A stretch of DNA of 34,002 nucleotides from a virus (taxonomy: Duplodnaviria > Caudoviricetes). Of this stretch, positions 8,593 through 17,229 are shown piece after piece (within the stretch, counting starts at the first letter, position 1; every line of letters begins with the position of its first letter). The position numbers and the translations under genes are program-made. The stretch covers positions 1-34,002 of IMG/VR virus record IMGVR_UViG_3300048849_000077. One strand, given 5' to 3'. Under the pieces are notes generated by a model that ran no database searches, was not told the DNA's origin, and worked only from the letters and a program-made list of their open reading frames with translations.

Positions 8593-10299
8593 TCAAATCA
8601 TCCTTATTCCGCGCGTCTCGTAGACAGAGCGGCCGATTGCTTCAGGGTTGAGGAACATCAACATGGCAGCATTGAAGAGCGCCATCAGGGGGTCGATTTT
8701 TGCCGCCCCTGAAATTTCCTTGGTCACCACGTAGTTACTGCCGCGGAGGGTCTGCTTTGCATTTCCCACTGCCCACGCCATGAGGGCCTGGTCGCCGTGC
8801 ACGAACCTTTTGTCTTCCAACTTGAGCGGCACAGAAGAAATCGCGGTCTGGAGTTTCCATCCCTGTGCGACAGCTTCGAGCTGAGGCGCTTCAAGGTTCC
8901 TTGCCTCAAGTGCATCCAACAGCAACGCGATGCCCGCCGAGTCCAGTCCGATGCCTCTCGCCTCAGGTAAAAGCCCTGTATCGGCAATGCGTCGACAGAT
9001 ATCGGCTGCGGATGCAGCTTGGTCCTCGCTGCTCTTGGAGATAATCAGTTCGCCCAATCCCTGAAATTCTCTCAGGCGCGACGAGATCCCCTTACGCCTC
9101 TCAAAAACACTTTGGCGAGCCCAGGCCTGCCCCCAACCAAGCCATCGCTTGGTCACCTTCTCTCGTCCAATGACATACAGCGCAGCGAGATCGTCCGCGC
9201 CGCCCCAGTCAATGCCAATGGTGCAAACCTCAGATCGGCGGAGGAGATCATCAAGCCCCGCCAACTTCGAATCGACGCAGTCCGACCAGTGAACTGCCCC
9301 TGACCATCCGTCGCCCCCAATGCCAACACCAATCTGAATATTGAGATGCTGACTGGTCCAGATTTGCTCAGCTTCAGGATTGGCTTTGCCGTTGTTTTCG
9401 TAGTCGGCGACTAGCAGCTCGGGATCGATTGACCGCCCCAGATTTGGAAGCACCGCGCCCCAATTTCTCTGATTGCGCCAGTACTCCTGATCAACCTGTT
9501 TATCGACGGGAAACTCGTAGAGTACAGGAAGCATGATCGGCGCTCCGCCGCCCTTGCCGTCCCGAATGGCCCGCGCCTTGTCCAACTCGATCTTCCAGAT
9601 CCCGGTTGGCGCCTCATCGGATTGCGTGGTGATCATGAGAACCTGACCGCCTTGCATCGTGATGCCGCCGCCTCGGATCTGCTGCATCACGGCGGCTGCC
9701 TTGTTTTTCTTCCCCAGCTCGTGCAGCTCGTCGATGATTGTGAGGATCGGTATCTCACCGGTGATGATGCCCGTATCGAACGTCTTCACGTCCAGCTTCG
9801 TGCCAGTCTTGATCCGCGTGATCCGTTTGTCGCTATCCTGCACGTCGAAGATGCTTTTCAAGCGCGGGTCGATCCGGATCATGCCCTGCGCCTGCTCGAA
9901 GCAGCGCGTGGAAATGTTCTGGCTCGGCGCGACGATCAGCATCTGTCGGTTCGGCGCTTCCTCCATGAAGAGAGCTGTCAGCCCCAGCGCCGCAACGTAG
10001 GTCGTCTTGGAGTTCTTCTTCGGGACCATGCAAAGCAGTTCCCGAACCAGAATTTTCTTTGTCTCTGGATCCTCGCTTGCCAAAAACGCGCAGAGGATTT
10101 CACGGAACCAGTCACCGCAGGCTTCCGACAGAGGTGGATTGCCAGCGATGTCCGGCAGACGCAAACGATTGAAGAATGCAACCGCCTTCGCCGCCTTGGC
10201 TTCGTTTAGTGGAACATCCGCCATGGGTGTTTGGCCGGCTTGCAGTCTCTCCCACCAATCAAGACAGGCGAACCGAGGCAGATCTTCAGTGGCGTGCAT
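8593..10299 (-). CDS. terL: Terminase large subunit
   Basis: Walker A variant PKKNSKT, Walker B IIDELH, ITTQ coupling motif, GIDWGG and KIDPLMA nuclease motifs; ATG at 10299 overlaps the terS end. Confidence 0.93.
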   Translation of the reverse strand: MHATEDLPRFACLDWWERLQAGQTPMADVPLNEAKAAKAVAFFNRLRLPDIAGNPPLSEACGDWFREILCAFLASEDPETKKILVRELLCMVPKKNSKTTYVAALGLTALFMEEAPNRQMLIVAPSQNISTRCFEQAQGMIRIDPRLKSIFDVQDSDKRITRIKTGTKLDVKTFDTGIITGEIPILTIIDELHELGKKNKAAAVMQQIRGGGITMQGGQVLMITTQSDEAPTGIWKIELDKARAIRDGKGGGAPIMLPVLYEFPVDKQVDQEYWRNQRNWGAVLPNLGRSIDPELLVADYENNGKANPEAEQIWTSQHLNIQIGVGIGGDGWSGAVHWSDCVDSKLAGLDDLLRRSEVCTIGIDWGGADDLAALYVIGREKVTKRWLGWGQAWARQSVFERRKGISSRLREFQGLGELIISKSSEDQAASAADICRRIADTGLLPEARGIGLDSAGIALLLDALEARNLEAPQLEAVAQGWKLQTAISSVPLKLEDKRFVHGDQALMAWAVGNAKQTLRGSNYVVTKEISGAAKIDPLMALFNAAMLMFLNPEAIGRSVYETRGIRMI

Positions 10300-10774
10300 G
10301 CTGTTGAGCTTCCTGCTCAAGCTCCGCCATCAGGTCAGCGTCTGCATCGATCGCCTGGCGTTCGGTTAGAATTTTCTTTCCGACCCGTTCGGTTGGCGCT
10401 GGCTTGTTGTCCTTCGGTGTCGTTGCCATTTCGCGCTCGATCTCCATGCGATCACTGCGCTCCATCAACTTGCCGAATTCCTTGAGCGCGCCAACATTGC
10501 CCTTCTCGGACAACTCCCAGGCTAGCTCGATACGCCGGAGCTCCATTCGGTCCCGAGCAACCTCACGGCTGCGAAGCTCATAAAAATAATACTTGTGCAG
10601 CGTCGGCAAAGTGACGCCGAGAGCCGATGCGATCCGAGGGTTTGTCCAGCCAAGCGCCAGCAACATGCTGACCCTATTGCGGTTTTTTTTGCTGACCTCG
10701 TGAGAGGGACGCCCGCGCTTCGAGGGCTTGTCCACGAAAGGCATTCCGAAGAGGTCGAAATTCTCATCCGACAT
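10286..10774 (-). CDS. terS: Terminase small subunit
   Basis: KRGRP plus HTH (WTNPRIASALGVTLPTLHKYY); directly upstream of and overlapping terL. Confidence 0.8.
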   Translation of the reverse strand: MSDENFDLFGMPFVDKPSKRGRPSHEVSKKNRNRVSMLLALGWTNPRIASALGVTLPTLHKYYFYELRSREVARDRMELRRIELAWELSEKGNVGALKEFGKLMERSDRMEIEREMATTPKDNKPAPTERVGKKILTERQAIDADADLMAELEQEAQQHARH

Positions 10775-10850
10775 AAAAAAATCCCTGAATGCGGGGGACG
10801 CGGGTGCGGGAGGCAGAGGGGTTCCAGACTTTGGACCCCCCCTCCCGGTC
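10775..10850. other. Probable cos / packaging-initiation region
   Basis: Non-coding segment between the HNH region and terS with a G-run (GGGGGGGTCCAAAGTCTGG) and CCCGCGTCCCCC; position typical of HK97-like cos. Confidence 0.4.
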
Positions 10851-10961
10851 GATGGGGTGTGACATTTCGATCACGTGGGGTCGAGGGTCGAGGTTGAGGG
10901 GTGAGAAATCCCAATTTTCGGCTTCAACAGACGAGGTTAGCCCTCATAACTTTTCTAAGTT

Positions 10962-11210
10962 TCAATGCATCGGGCGGGTCAGAACCGTCTCGATCATGTG
11001 GTCAGAACAGTAAGGCATGACAGGATTGCCTTCGTGGAACTCGAGTTCGCCACGCTTCTCGATCTCTGCCAGCCCACGGTCAGCAAGGTACTGACCAACC
11101 GTCATGAGCTTGATGATGGCATCCGAAGCGAGATCTTCGACCGATACCCCATCAGTCAACTGCATCGCCGATTGCTCAAGCTCTACCTGCGTCATTTCAA
11201 GTTCGTTCAT
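10962..11210 (-). CDS. Hypothetical acidic protein (82 aa)
   Basis: ORF starts 4 nt after the HNH stop, same orientation. Confidence 0.6.
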   Translation of the reverse strand: MNELEMTQVELEQSAMQLTDGVSVEDLASDAIIKLMTVGQYLADRGLAEIEKRGELEFHEGNPVMPYCSDHMIETVLTRPMH

Positions 11211-11214
11211 GGTC

Positions 11215-11583
11215 TCACCATCCGGGCTGTGCCCGCTCCTGCTTCTGCTTCTCGCTATCGTGGTAGGCTTTGGTCACGGTCTGCAGGTTGTCGATATCCC
11301 AGAACAACTGCTCGTCCCAATGGTGCGGCTTGATGTGGTCGACAACTGGGCTGTTGGGAGCGGGATGCTTTCCGACACAGATCGCTCCGGTCTGCTTGCA
11401 TGTGTAGCTGTCACGTTCGAGAACCTTGAGCCGCAGCTTCTTCCAGCGTTCGCTGTGATACCACTTGCGCTTAGGCGTGTTGACCTCGCGCTCTCTCAGT
11501 CTGGCCTTCTCATCACCGACAGCACGGCCAAGACGAGGTGGCATCGAGGTCAGTCGAGGTGGAAGGGACTTAAGACGAGGCAT
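11215..11583 (-). CDS. Packaging-associated HNH endonuclease (HK97 gp74-like)
   Basis: WKKLR..VLERD..TC, VVDHIKPH, FWDIDNLQ, HDSEKQ; upstream of terS. Confidence 0.9.
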   Translation of the reverse strand: MPRLKSLPPRLTSMPPRLGRAVGDEKARLREREVNTPKRKWYHSERWKKLRLKVLERDSYTCKQTGAICVGKHPAPNSPVVDHIKPHHWDEQLFWDIDNLQTVTKAYHDSEKQKQERAQPGW

Positions 11584-11593
11584 ACTCTAAGAC

Positions 11594-11630
11594 GACAAAA
11601 GGCGACCTTGCGGCCGCCTCGTCATTTGTC
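11594..11630 (-). terminator. Intrinsic terminator ahead of the late operon (tR'-like)
   Basis: GGCGGCC-GCAA-GGTCGCC hairpin followed by TTTTGT on the minus strand. Confidence 0.65.
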
Positions 11631-11758
11631 ATCTCATAGCTGTAGCACTTGCCTTGAATCGGTGCCTCGCTGGAGAGGCTTCAAGGCTGGGGCCAGAGGA
11701 GAACATCAATACCCGTAAGGGGGCAGCATCAGACGCTCCGGTCATCCCGTAGCAGATG

Positions 11759-11787
11759 GAGATAGACTCACCACCGGCTTGTTCGAA
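11759..11787 (-). promoter_or_regulatory. Putative late promoter
   Basis: TTCGAA-N17-TATCTC immediately after the stop of the NusG-like gene. Confidence 0.4.
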
Positions 11788-11790
11788 TCG

Positions 11791-12486
11791 TTACGGCGAG
11801 AGCGCGACAGAGTCAATGTCCAGCTCAATTGGCGTCATGCGGCCGAATATATTCACCTCAGCCTGTAGCTTCCACCGCTCACCGATCACCTTCCTGACAG
11901 TCGTCTGGAAGTCCACGAATGGACCCGAACGGATGACAATCCTGTCGCCGTTGTGAACCGGCAGAGGCTTATCATCATCCTGTTTCAAATCATCTTTCTG
12001 CACCGACAGCATCAAAGCATCCATCAACCTTGGAGGCATCAGGAAAGGCTCGCCATCACGCCCCATGAGGCTGTTCAAACGCGATGCGCAGAGCACTCCA
12101 GCGAACGCTTCATGGGACGGAACAACCTGCACGAAGAGGTATCCCCTGAAGAATGGCCTGAAGATATCCACAGGCTTGAGACCTCTCCGAGGCCTTGTCC
12201 TGAAATGCTCAAGTGGGCACCAGGTCTCGATCTTCTGCTCTTTCAGCTCCTCACCTATCGCCTGCTCAGTTCCAGAACGGCAAGTGCCAACGATCCAACG
12301 AGCCCGAGAATCGAAACCGGCGACATCTTTTCGAGCCATCCGCACAAGATTATGATGCGCATTGCGAGCCCGTTCGGCTTTAACCTTCCCGTCGTCGATC
12401 CTTCGCCGTTCCGAGTTGGTCAGGTCTGAAGCGATCATTGGCTTGTAGCTGATCTTCTTGCCCGTGATTTTATGCTGCATGGTCAT
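11791..12486 (-). CDS. Phage NusG-family (NGN+KOW) transcription antiterminator
   Basis: W....RSGTE, PFFRGYLFV, GDRIVIRSGPFVDF, VNIFGRMTPIEL; ~60-aa N-terminal extension. Confidence 0.9.
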   Translation of the reverse strand: MTMQHKITGKKISYKPMIASDLTNSERRRIDDGKVKAERARNAHHNLVRMARKDVAGFDSRARWIVGTCRSGTEQAIGEELKEQKIETWCPLEHFRTRPRRGLKPVDIFRPFFRGYLFVQVVPSHEAFAGVLCASRLNSLMGRDGEPFLMPPRLMDALMLSVQKDDLKQDDDKPLPVHNGDRIVIRSGPFVDFQTTVRKVIGERWKLQAEVNIFGRMTPIELDIDSVALSP

Positions 12487-13717
12487 GGTCCCGTACCTCG
12501 ATCAGCTTTTTCTGGAACTCGCGAAGGGCAGCAGCCACCGCCTCATCAGGATCTTCGATGCCATCCGGCAAGGCCGGGAACTGCACGAAGGGCAGCCCGT
12601 TCGGCTCTGGCAGCCACGGCCAGCAACGATCGGCATGCAGCCGCTTCCAAGCGTCCCAGATCGCGCCGCCGACTGCGACCTTGTCGAAGCTCGAAGAGAT
12701 CGAGACAATGCGCGGATGAACGAACACAGGCCGACGCTCACGCGCCCCCTCGTTCAGCTTCACGGCCTCTGGCCATCCGGCTTTTTCGCGCTTGTCGCGC
12801 CAGATCACCGCATCCTTCTCAGGCTTCGCTTCGATGATCTGCGCTTCCAGTGGCGTCAGCGTCAGGTGGACAGGAGGCTTGGACAGTTCAGCAAGCCGCA
12901 GGGCACTCCAGGCGCGCGAATACGGATTGTGCCGCTCAGGTGTTGCCGCAGTTGCAGGCCTGTCGTCCAGACGCTCCCACGCCCGTTCCGAGAGATAGGT
13001 CGCCGCAGCCTTGGAGAACTTGCGACCGCTGGCCTTGGCCGCAGCGAGATAGTCAGGGGTCCGTTCCTCGCAGGCCTTCCGCTGCTCCGGCGCCAGATCC
13101 TGCCAGGCGCGCCGTGTCGGCATCTCAGCATCGATTGCGTATGTCGGCCATGACGACCACCATTTCCGAAAACGCCTCTCCAGCGCTTTGGGATTTTCTT
13201 CCCCTTCATCGTCTTCGCTCGCGCGCTCTCTCTCTTCTCGTTTAGCAGGAGGCGTTAAGGTAGAGGCGTTAATAGGTGCCGGTCCAGAACCGGCAGGGGG
13301 TGCCGACTCTGGACCGGCAGGGGGTGCCGGTATACCGGCAGGGGGTGCACCAGCTGCAGCCGCCGAATTAGGATCAAATTCCTCTTTGTCGTCAGCGTCC
13401 CATGCATCAAATGCAGAGCTATCAACGGCAGAATCGTAGATGACGCGATACCAATGAGCGCTGTCACGGCCGCTCGCGCTTTCCACCTTGCGGCGCTCCA
13501 GCGCGCCAATATCCACTAGACGATCAATCGCCGCCTGGACTGTCGAGCGCGAGCACGACAGCGCCTCAGCAAGCTTCACCTGGCTTCGCCGGCACCATCC
13601 GTGGCGGGTGTTTGCGTTCCGGCCCAGCATGCAGATCACCTGCAGATCCTTGCCCTTCAGGCGCGGGTCCGTGACAATCCATCCCGGTATGATCGAGAGA
13701 CGGGGCTCAGATGTCAT
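12470..13717 (-). CDS. Phage replication initiator (N-terminal winged HTH)
   Basis: MTSEPRLSIIP; GWCRRSQVKLAEALSCSRSTVQAAIDRL; internal iterons; FRKWWSSWP and AATYLSERAW (DnaD/O-like C-terminal domain). Confidence 0.8.
   Translation of the reverse strand: MTSEPRLSIIPGWIVTDPRLKGKDLQVICMLGRNANTRHGWCRRSQVKLAEALSCSRSTVQAAIDRLVDIGALERRKVESASGRDSAHWYRVIYDSAVDSSAFDAWDADDKEEFDPNSAAAAGAPPAGIPAPPAGPESAPPAGSGPAPINASTLTPPAKREERERASEDDEGEENPKALERRFRKWWSSWPTYAIDAEMPTRRAWQDLAPEQRKACEERTPDYLAAAKASGRKFSKAAATYLSERAWERLDDRPATAATPERHNPYSRAWSALRLAELSKPPVHLTLTPLEAQIIEAKPEKDAVIWRDKREKAGWPEAVKLNEGARERRPVFVHPRIVSISSSFDKVAVGGAIWDAWKRLHADRCWPWLPEPNGLPFVQFPALPDGIEDPDEAVAAALREFQKKLIEVRDHDHAA
13289..13348. repeat. Three iterons ACCGGCAGGGGGTGC inside the initiator gene (putative phage origin)
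   Basis: Exact 15-bp copies at 13289, 13313 and 13334, plus a partial AGGTGCCGG at 13274. Confidence 0.75.
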
Positions 13718-14001
13718 TCCACCATTTCCCCTTGCTTCACGGCGCCCCACATCAGTTTGCGGGCATGATCCGTGATCTGGCGCGTCTCGATAGGGATCGA
13801 CCCGTCCTCCAGCCGCACCGAATTGACGTGAGCGACGAGTGCCGCGAGATAGGCCAGCCCACCGGAGAAACCGGCAGCTCCGAGGACAGCCGCAATGTCG
13901 GCGTGGTCGCGCTGGATGACGCCGAGCGGAATGGTGGAAAGCCACACTGCCCGCGCCCGGTCGTTTTGCAGGTCCGCCAGAATATCGAGGATTGGGTTCA
14001 C
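13714..14001 (-). CDS. Hypothetical phage protein (95 aa)
   Basis: 4-nt overlaps with both neighbours. Confidence 0.7.
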   Translation of the reverse strand: MNPILDILADLQNDRARAVWLSTIPLGVIQRDHADIAAVLGAAGFSGGLAYLAALVAHVNSVRLEDGSIPIETRQITDHARKLMWGAVKQGEMVE

Positions 14002-14282
14002 GGGACCGCCCTCGGTGTTTCACGTTGCGCAGATGCTGTAACAGCCTGATTTCGCTGGCTTCGATCATGGAAGACGAGATAGTCGGAAGGATCGACACTC
14101 ATCGCCGTGCACAGCGCGAGGTGGCTTGCTGCCGACAAAACCTGACAGCTGCACGCGCGCGAGATCATCGCCGGGTTCAGTCCTTCATGCGCAGATGAGG
14201 CGTTGCGCGTCGAAAGGCCTGTCGACTTCAGCCAGTCGCGTGTGTCCATTGCCAAACGGTCGCGATCGATTTCGGGGATCAT
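13998..14282 (-). CDS. Hypothetical XRE-HTH-like protein (94 aa)
   Basis: MIPEIDRDRL...GLSTRNAS...LNPAMISRA...LALCTAMSVDPSDY; ATGA coupling. Confidence 0.65.
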   Translation of the reverse strand: MIPEIDRDRLAMDTRDWLKSTGLSTRNASSAHEGLNPAMISRACSCQVLSAASHLALCTAMSVDPSDYLVFHDRSQRNQAVTASAQRETPRAVP

Positions 14283-14596
14283 CGAACAATCTCCTGTTCT
14301 GTCATGCCGACGAGGCGGATGCCGAACCTGCCGGGGTCCGCGTCCAGCGCCTTCCAAAGCCGCTCGCGCGGCGCCGGTGAAATGCGGCGACCGGACAGCA
14401 CTAGCTCCAGCTGCTCAGGCGTGATGTCCGCACGGCGAATGAGGTGAGCCCGCTCAGCAGCGCAGGCCTCGTCGAAGCTCAGAGCCTTTCGGCGGGCGCT
14501 CTTGCGTTCGTCCGGAAATGCCGCGCGAAAGCCGGCCATCTGGATTCGCGCATTGACGAAGCCACGCAGCATGGCGGGTGAGAAGTCAGGGTTCAT
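14279..14596 (-). CDS. Hypothetical phage protein, possible HTH (105 aa)
   Basis: MNPDFSPAML...; ATGA overlaps at both ends. Confidence 0.65.
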   Translation of the reverse strand: MNPDFSPAMLRGFVNARIQMAGFRAAFPDERKSARRKALSFDEACAAERAHLIRRADITPEQLELVLSGRRISPAPRERLWKALDADPGRFGIRLVGMTEQEIVR

Positions 14597-16053
14597 GCCG
14601 CCACCATCCTTCCGGCGCGCCACAAGGCCACGGCATCGTGGGCATGCGCGTCTGCGGTCAAGCGCAGCCCTTCACCGGTTGGCATCCACAAGCCATCCTC
14701 GCCGCAGGTGATCAGACCGTTCGCAGACATCGCCTCGATAAGAGCCACGGCGACACTGTCTCGGACACCGATGCCACGCCGAAGGCTCACGTTGTCGAAC
14801 GGCTGCATCTCTTTCAGCCACAGAATCGCGCGGTGGATCTCCTCGTCGACACGCTCGCCAACGCTTTTGCGAGGCGTGGTGCGAGCAAACTCGTCATCCG
14901 GCGCGTCGAAGCTCAGCGGGGAAACGAACCCACCGGCACCCGGCGCCAGTGGGTGAGCCGTCTCGAATGCCTTCCAGTCAACCCGGATGAGCTGCGGATG
15001 TCCGACGCCGTAGCTGGCGTCATCGTTCCGCTCCCATATGAACCAGGCCGTATTCATCTGGCTGCTGGCCTTGTCGCCCTCCCAGCCGTCGCGATGCATC
15101 ATCGGCAATCGCCGGGTGAAGACGTAAACCCGTGAGGGCGGGCATTCGTCCATCACGAAGCACCTGTCGGGATCGTCGAAGCCGCACAGGAAGTTGAGGT
15201 TCAGCAGCATCGCCATCTTGCGCGGCTTGTGAGCGCGAAGGGCGTGCGCGACATACGCATTCGCCACGCCATAGGGCGGGTTGGTGACGATATCGCCGCC
15301 GCCACCTTGACCAACGGACAGAAGGAAGTCGCCGACGCCCTGGCACTCGCCATGCTGCGTCGTGACGCAGCGATCGACGAGGTCGGAAATGGTCACCTCG
15401 TAGCCCGCCGTCTCCAGCGGACGCAGGATCGCACCTTTGCCGACGCTCGGCTCGAACACATTCAGGCTGAAGCTTTCCAGAGCCAGCAGCGTCCGCATGG
15501 CTTCGCTCGGCGTCTCGTAGAGATCGTGACCGCGCTCTTCCTTGGTTGCTGTCTTGGTGCCGGTCGCGTGCCGAGCCGCCTTCTTCAGCGCCGCGCGGCT
15601 TGGCTCCAGCCCTTCCGACATCCGCACCTCGATGACGCGCTCCACGAAGTTAGGCTCGTCACGCACGTGGTCGCGTAGCTTGCGAGCCTCATGCAGATGC
15701 TTGGCGTCCAAACCCACATCTTGGAGAGTGAAAACATTCTCGCCGGGAATATTTGATGGGCGACCCGGTCGGGCGATTTGCCCCTTGGCTTGCGCATCGT
15801 CGACCGCATCAGCCATGGCGACGTAGCAGAGGCTTTCGATCTTCAGCGCTTCCGCCTGCATGCGCCGCGCCTTGTCGACCAGGTCGCGCGAGGTCTTCAC
15901 ACGTTCCGCAGAACCGGCGACAGCCTTCGCCTGGTCATAGGCCACGGACGAAAGTTTGAGAGCGCGCTCGACATCGCCGGCATCCAGCAGCGCGCGCGCC
16001 GTCTCTATGCAGGTAACCAGTTCCGAGCTGTCACGGATCGCAAGCTCACTCAT
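14593..16053 (-). CDS. Phage amino (N6A/N4C) DNA methyltransferase, multi-domain
   Basis: DLYETP, FEPSVGKG (motif I), GDFL, IVTNPPY (motif IV); helical N-terminus; winged-helix-like C-terminus; ATG at 16053. Confidence 0.85.
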   Translation of the reverse strand: MSELAIRDSSELVTCIETARALLDAGDVERALKLSSVAYDQAKAVAGSAERVKTSRDLVDKARRMQAEALKIESLCYVAMADAVDDAQAKGQIARPGRPSNIPGENVFTLQDVGLDAKHLHEARKLRDHVRDEPNFVERVIEVRMSEGLEPSRAALKKAARHATGTKTATKEERGHDLYETPSEAMRTLLALESFSLNVFEPSVGKGAILRPLETAGYEVTISDLVDRCVTTQHGECQGVGDFLLSVGQGGGGDIVTNPPYGVANAYVAHALRAHKPRKMAMLLNLNFLCGFDDPDRCFVMDECPPSRVYVFTRRLPMMHRDGWEGDKASSQMNTAWFIWERNDDASYGVGHPQLIRVDWKAFETAHPLAPGAGGFVSPLSFDAPDDEFARTTPRKSVGERVDEEIHRAILWLKEMQPFDNVSLRRGIGVRDSVAVALIEAMSANGLITCGEDGLWMPTGEGLRLTADAHAHDAVALWRAGRMVAA

Positions 16054-16268
16054 GACGGCCGCCTCGCGTGTGGATCGCGCCAGCAAATGCCACCTTCAAC
16101 GAAGGCGCGCACATAGCGCTCATACGCACCCTCGTCGCGATGCTGCACGCCGTCAGAGAAGTCACCTGCATTGAGGCCATCGAGATACTTTGCGAACGCG
16201 CGGAAATTCCGGAGCTGCGATCTTTGCAGCTGGTCGTCGAAGCGTCGCGACATCGGCACTACGGTCAT
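16050..16268 (-). CDS. Hypothetical phage protein (72 aa)
   Basis: MTVVPMSRRF...; ATGA overlaps at both ends. Confidence 0.6.
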   Translation of the reverse strand: MTVVPMSRRFDDQLQRSQLRNFRAFAKYLDGLNAGDFSDGVQHRDEGAYERYVRAFVEGGICWRDPHARRPS

Positions 16269-16594
16269 GACGCCCTCCGATAGCTGCGCCAGCCGTCGAG
16301 AACGCGCGAGACGGTCGCCTCCGAGACGCCGAGCCCCTTGGCTATCGATGCGCCATCCCATTCGCCGCGTTCCCAGAGCAGCAGCGTGGCGCCGACGATC
16401 GCATCGAGATCCGCGTCAGTGACCGGCATCCCTTTCTCGCGCGCGCAGACCGCCGCAAAGCCGAGGTCGAACACCTGTCCAGCCCAGATCGACGAGGCAA
16501 CACCACGCTCCGCCGCCTGCCGATCGAGCGTCATCTTCGCCTTCTCAGGCACGTTGATCATCACGCCGACAAGCTTGAACGCGGTGCGGGCCAT
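16265..16594 (-). CDS. Hypothetical DNA-binding protein (RHH-like N-terminus, HTH-like C-terminus)
   Basis: VMINVPEKAKMTLDRQAAERG; IAKGLGVSEATVSRVL. Confidence 0.65.
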   Translation of the reverse strand: MARTAFKLVGVMINVPEKAKMTLDRQAAERGVASSIWAGQVFDLGFAAVCAREKGMPVTDADLDAIVGATLLLWERGEWDGASIAKGLGVSEATVSRVLDGWRSYRRAS

Positions 16595-16598
16595 GGAA

Positions 16599-17105
16599 TC
16601 ATTCCCCGCCGACGATCTTCAGAGCCGGCGAGGCATCGCCGCCCTTGGCGACAATCCCGGCATACCGCCGCATCTGTTCGGTCGCCTCAGCGACCACCTT
16701 CTCGAGATCACGCATTCCCTGCCGCGCTTCCGCGGGGCTCACTTGAAGGTCGGAATAGGCAATGGAGGCATTGCGCTGATACTCGTTCGCCGCAGCGCCG
16801 ATCGCGAGGGAGCCGCGCACCAGGCACGTGCCGTCGCGATTCTTCTCTTCCGGGTCGGTGAGCTTGCAGCCGTGCAGACCGGCCATAACACGCGTGACGC
16901 ACGGGTCGCCGCATTCGGCTTCCAGCCTCAGCACGGCCGGGATCGGCAGCAGCTCCGTGTCGGAATCTGCATTGCACCGGCCGACCTGGCTTTTCGAAAG
17001 CGAGCAGGTTTCCGCTGCAGCTTCAATGCCGCCGTTCTTCTTGATCAGCAGACGGTTGGCGGCTTTCAGCTGATGGAACCAGGCGTTCGTCAAAGTATCC
17101 TGCAT
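16599..17105 (-). CDS. CII-like phage regulatory protein
   Basis: LIKKNGGIEAAAETCSLSKSQVGR HTH; follows cro; SD GGAG. Confidence 0.65.
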   Translation of the reverse strand: MQDTLTNAWFHQLKAANRLLIKKNGGIEAAAETCSLSKSQVGRCNADSDTELLPIPAVLRLEAECGDPCVTRVMAGLHGCKLTDPEEKNRDGTCLVRGSLAIGAAANEYQRNASIAYSDLQVSPAEARQGMRDLEKVVAEATEQMRRYAGIVAKGGDASPALKIVGGE

Positions 17106-17124
17106 GGGGTTTCTCCAGACACAG

Positions 17125-17169
17125 TTTTCCCGCGCCGGGAAAAGTCCCGCGCGTTTCCCATCGTGGGAA
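17125..17169. promoter_or_regulatory. Two TTCCC-N5-GGGAA palindromes upstream of the CII-like gene
   Basis: Copies at 17127-17141 and 17155-17169, 28 bp apart. Confidence 0.55.
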
Positions 17170-17229
17170 GCATTCGAAAGTGAGAAGTTCAGCGCATCAG
17201 ATCACGGGGGACCGCATGCACGAAGCTCT

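Noticed and set aside
10005-10030. TerL Walker A reading KNSKT instead of KNGKT as an inactivating mutation
   Set aside because: All other motifs are intact and terminase Walker A motifs vary; loss of function cannot be inferred
13718-14098. N-terminal extension making the replication ORF 542 aa
   Set aside because: It overlaps two well-coupled genes; the ATG at 13717 has an SD and an ATGA overlap
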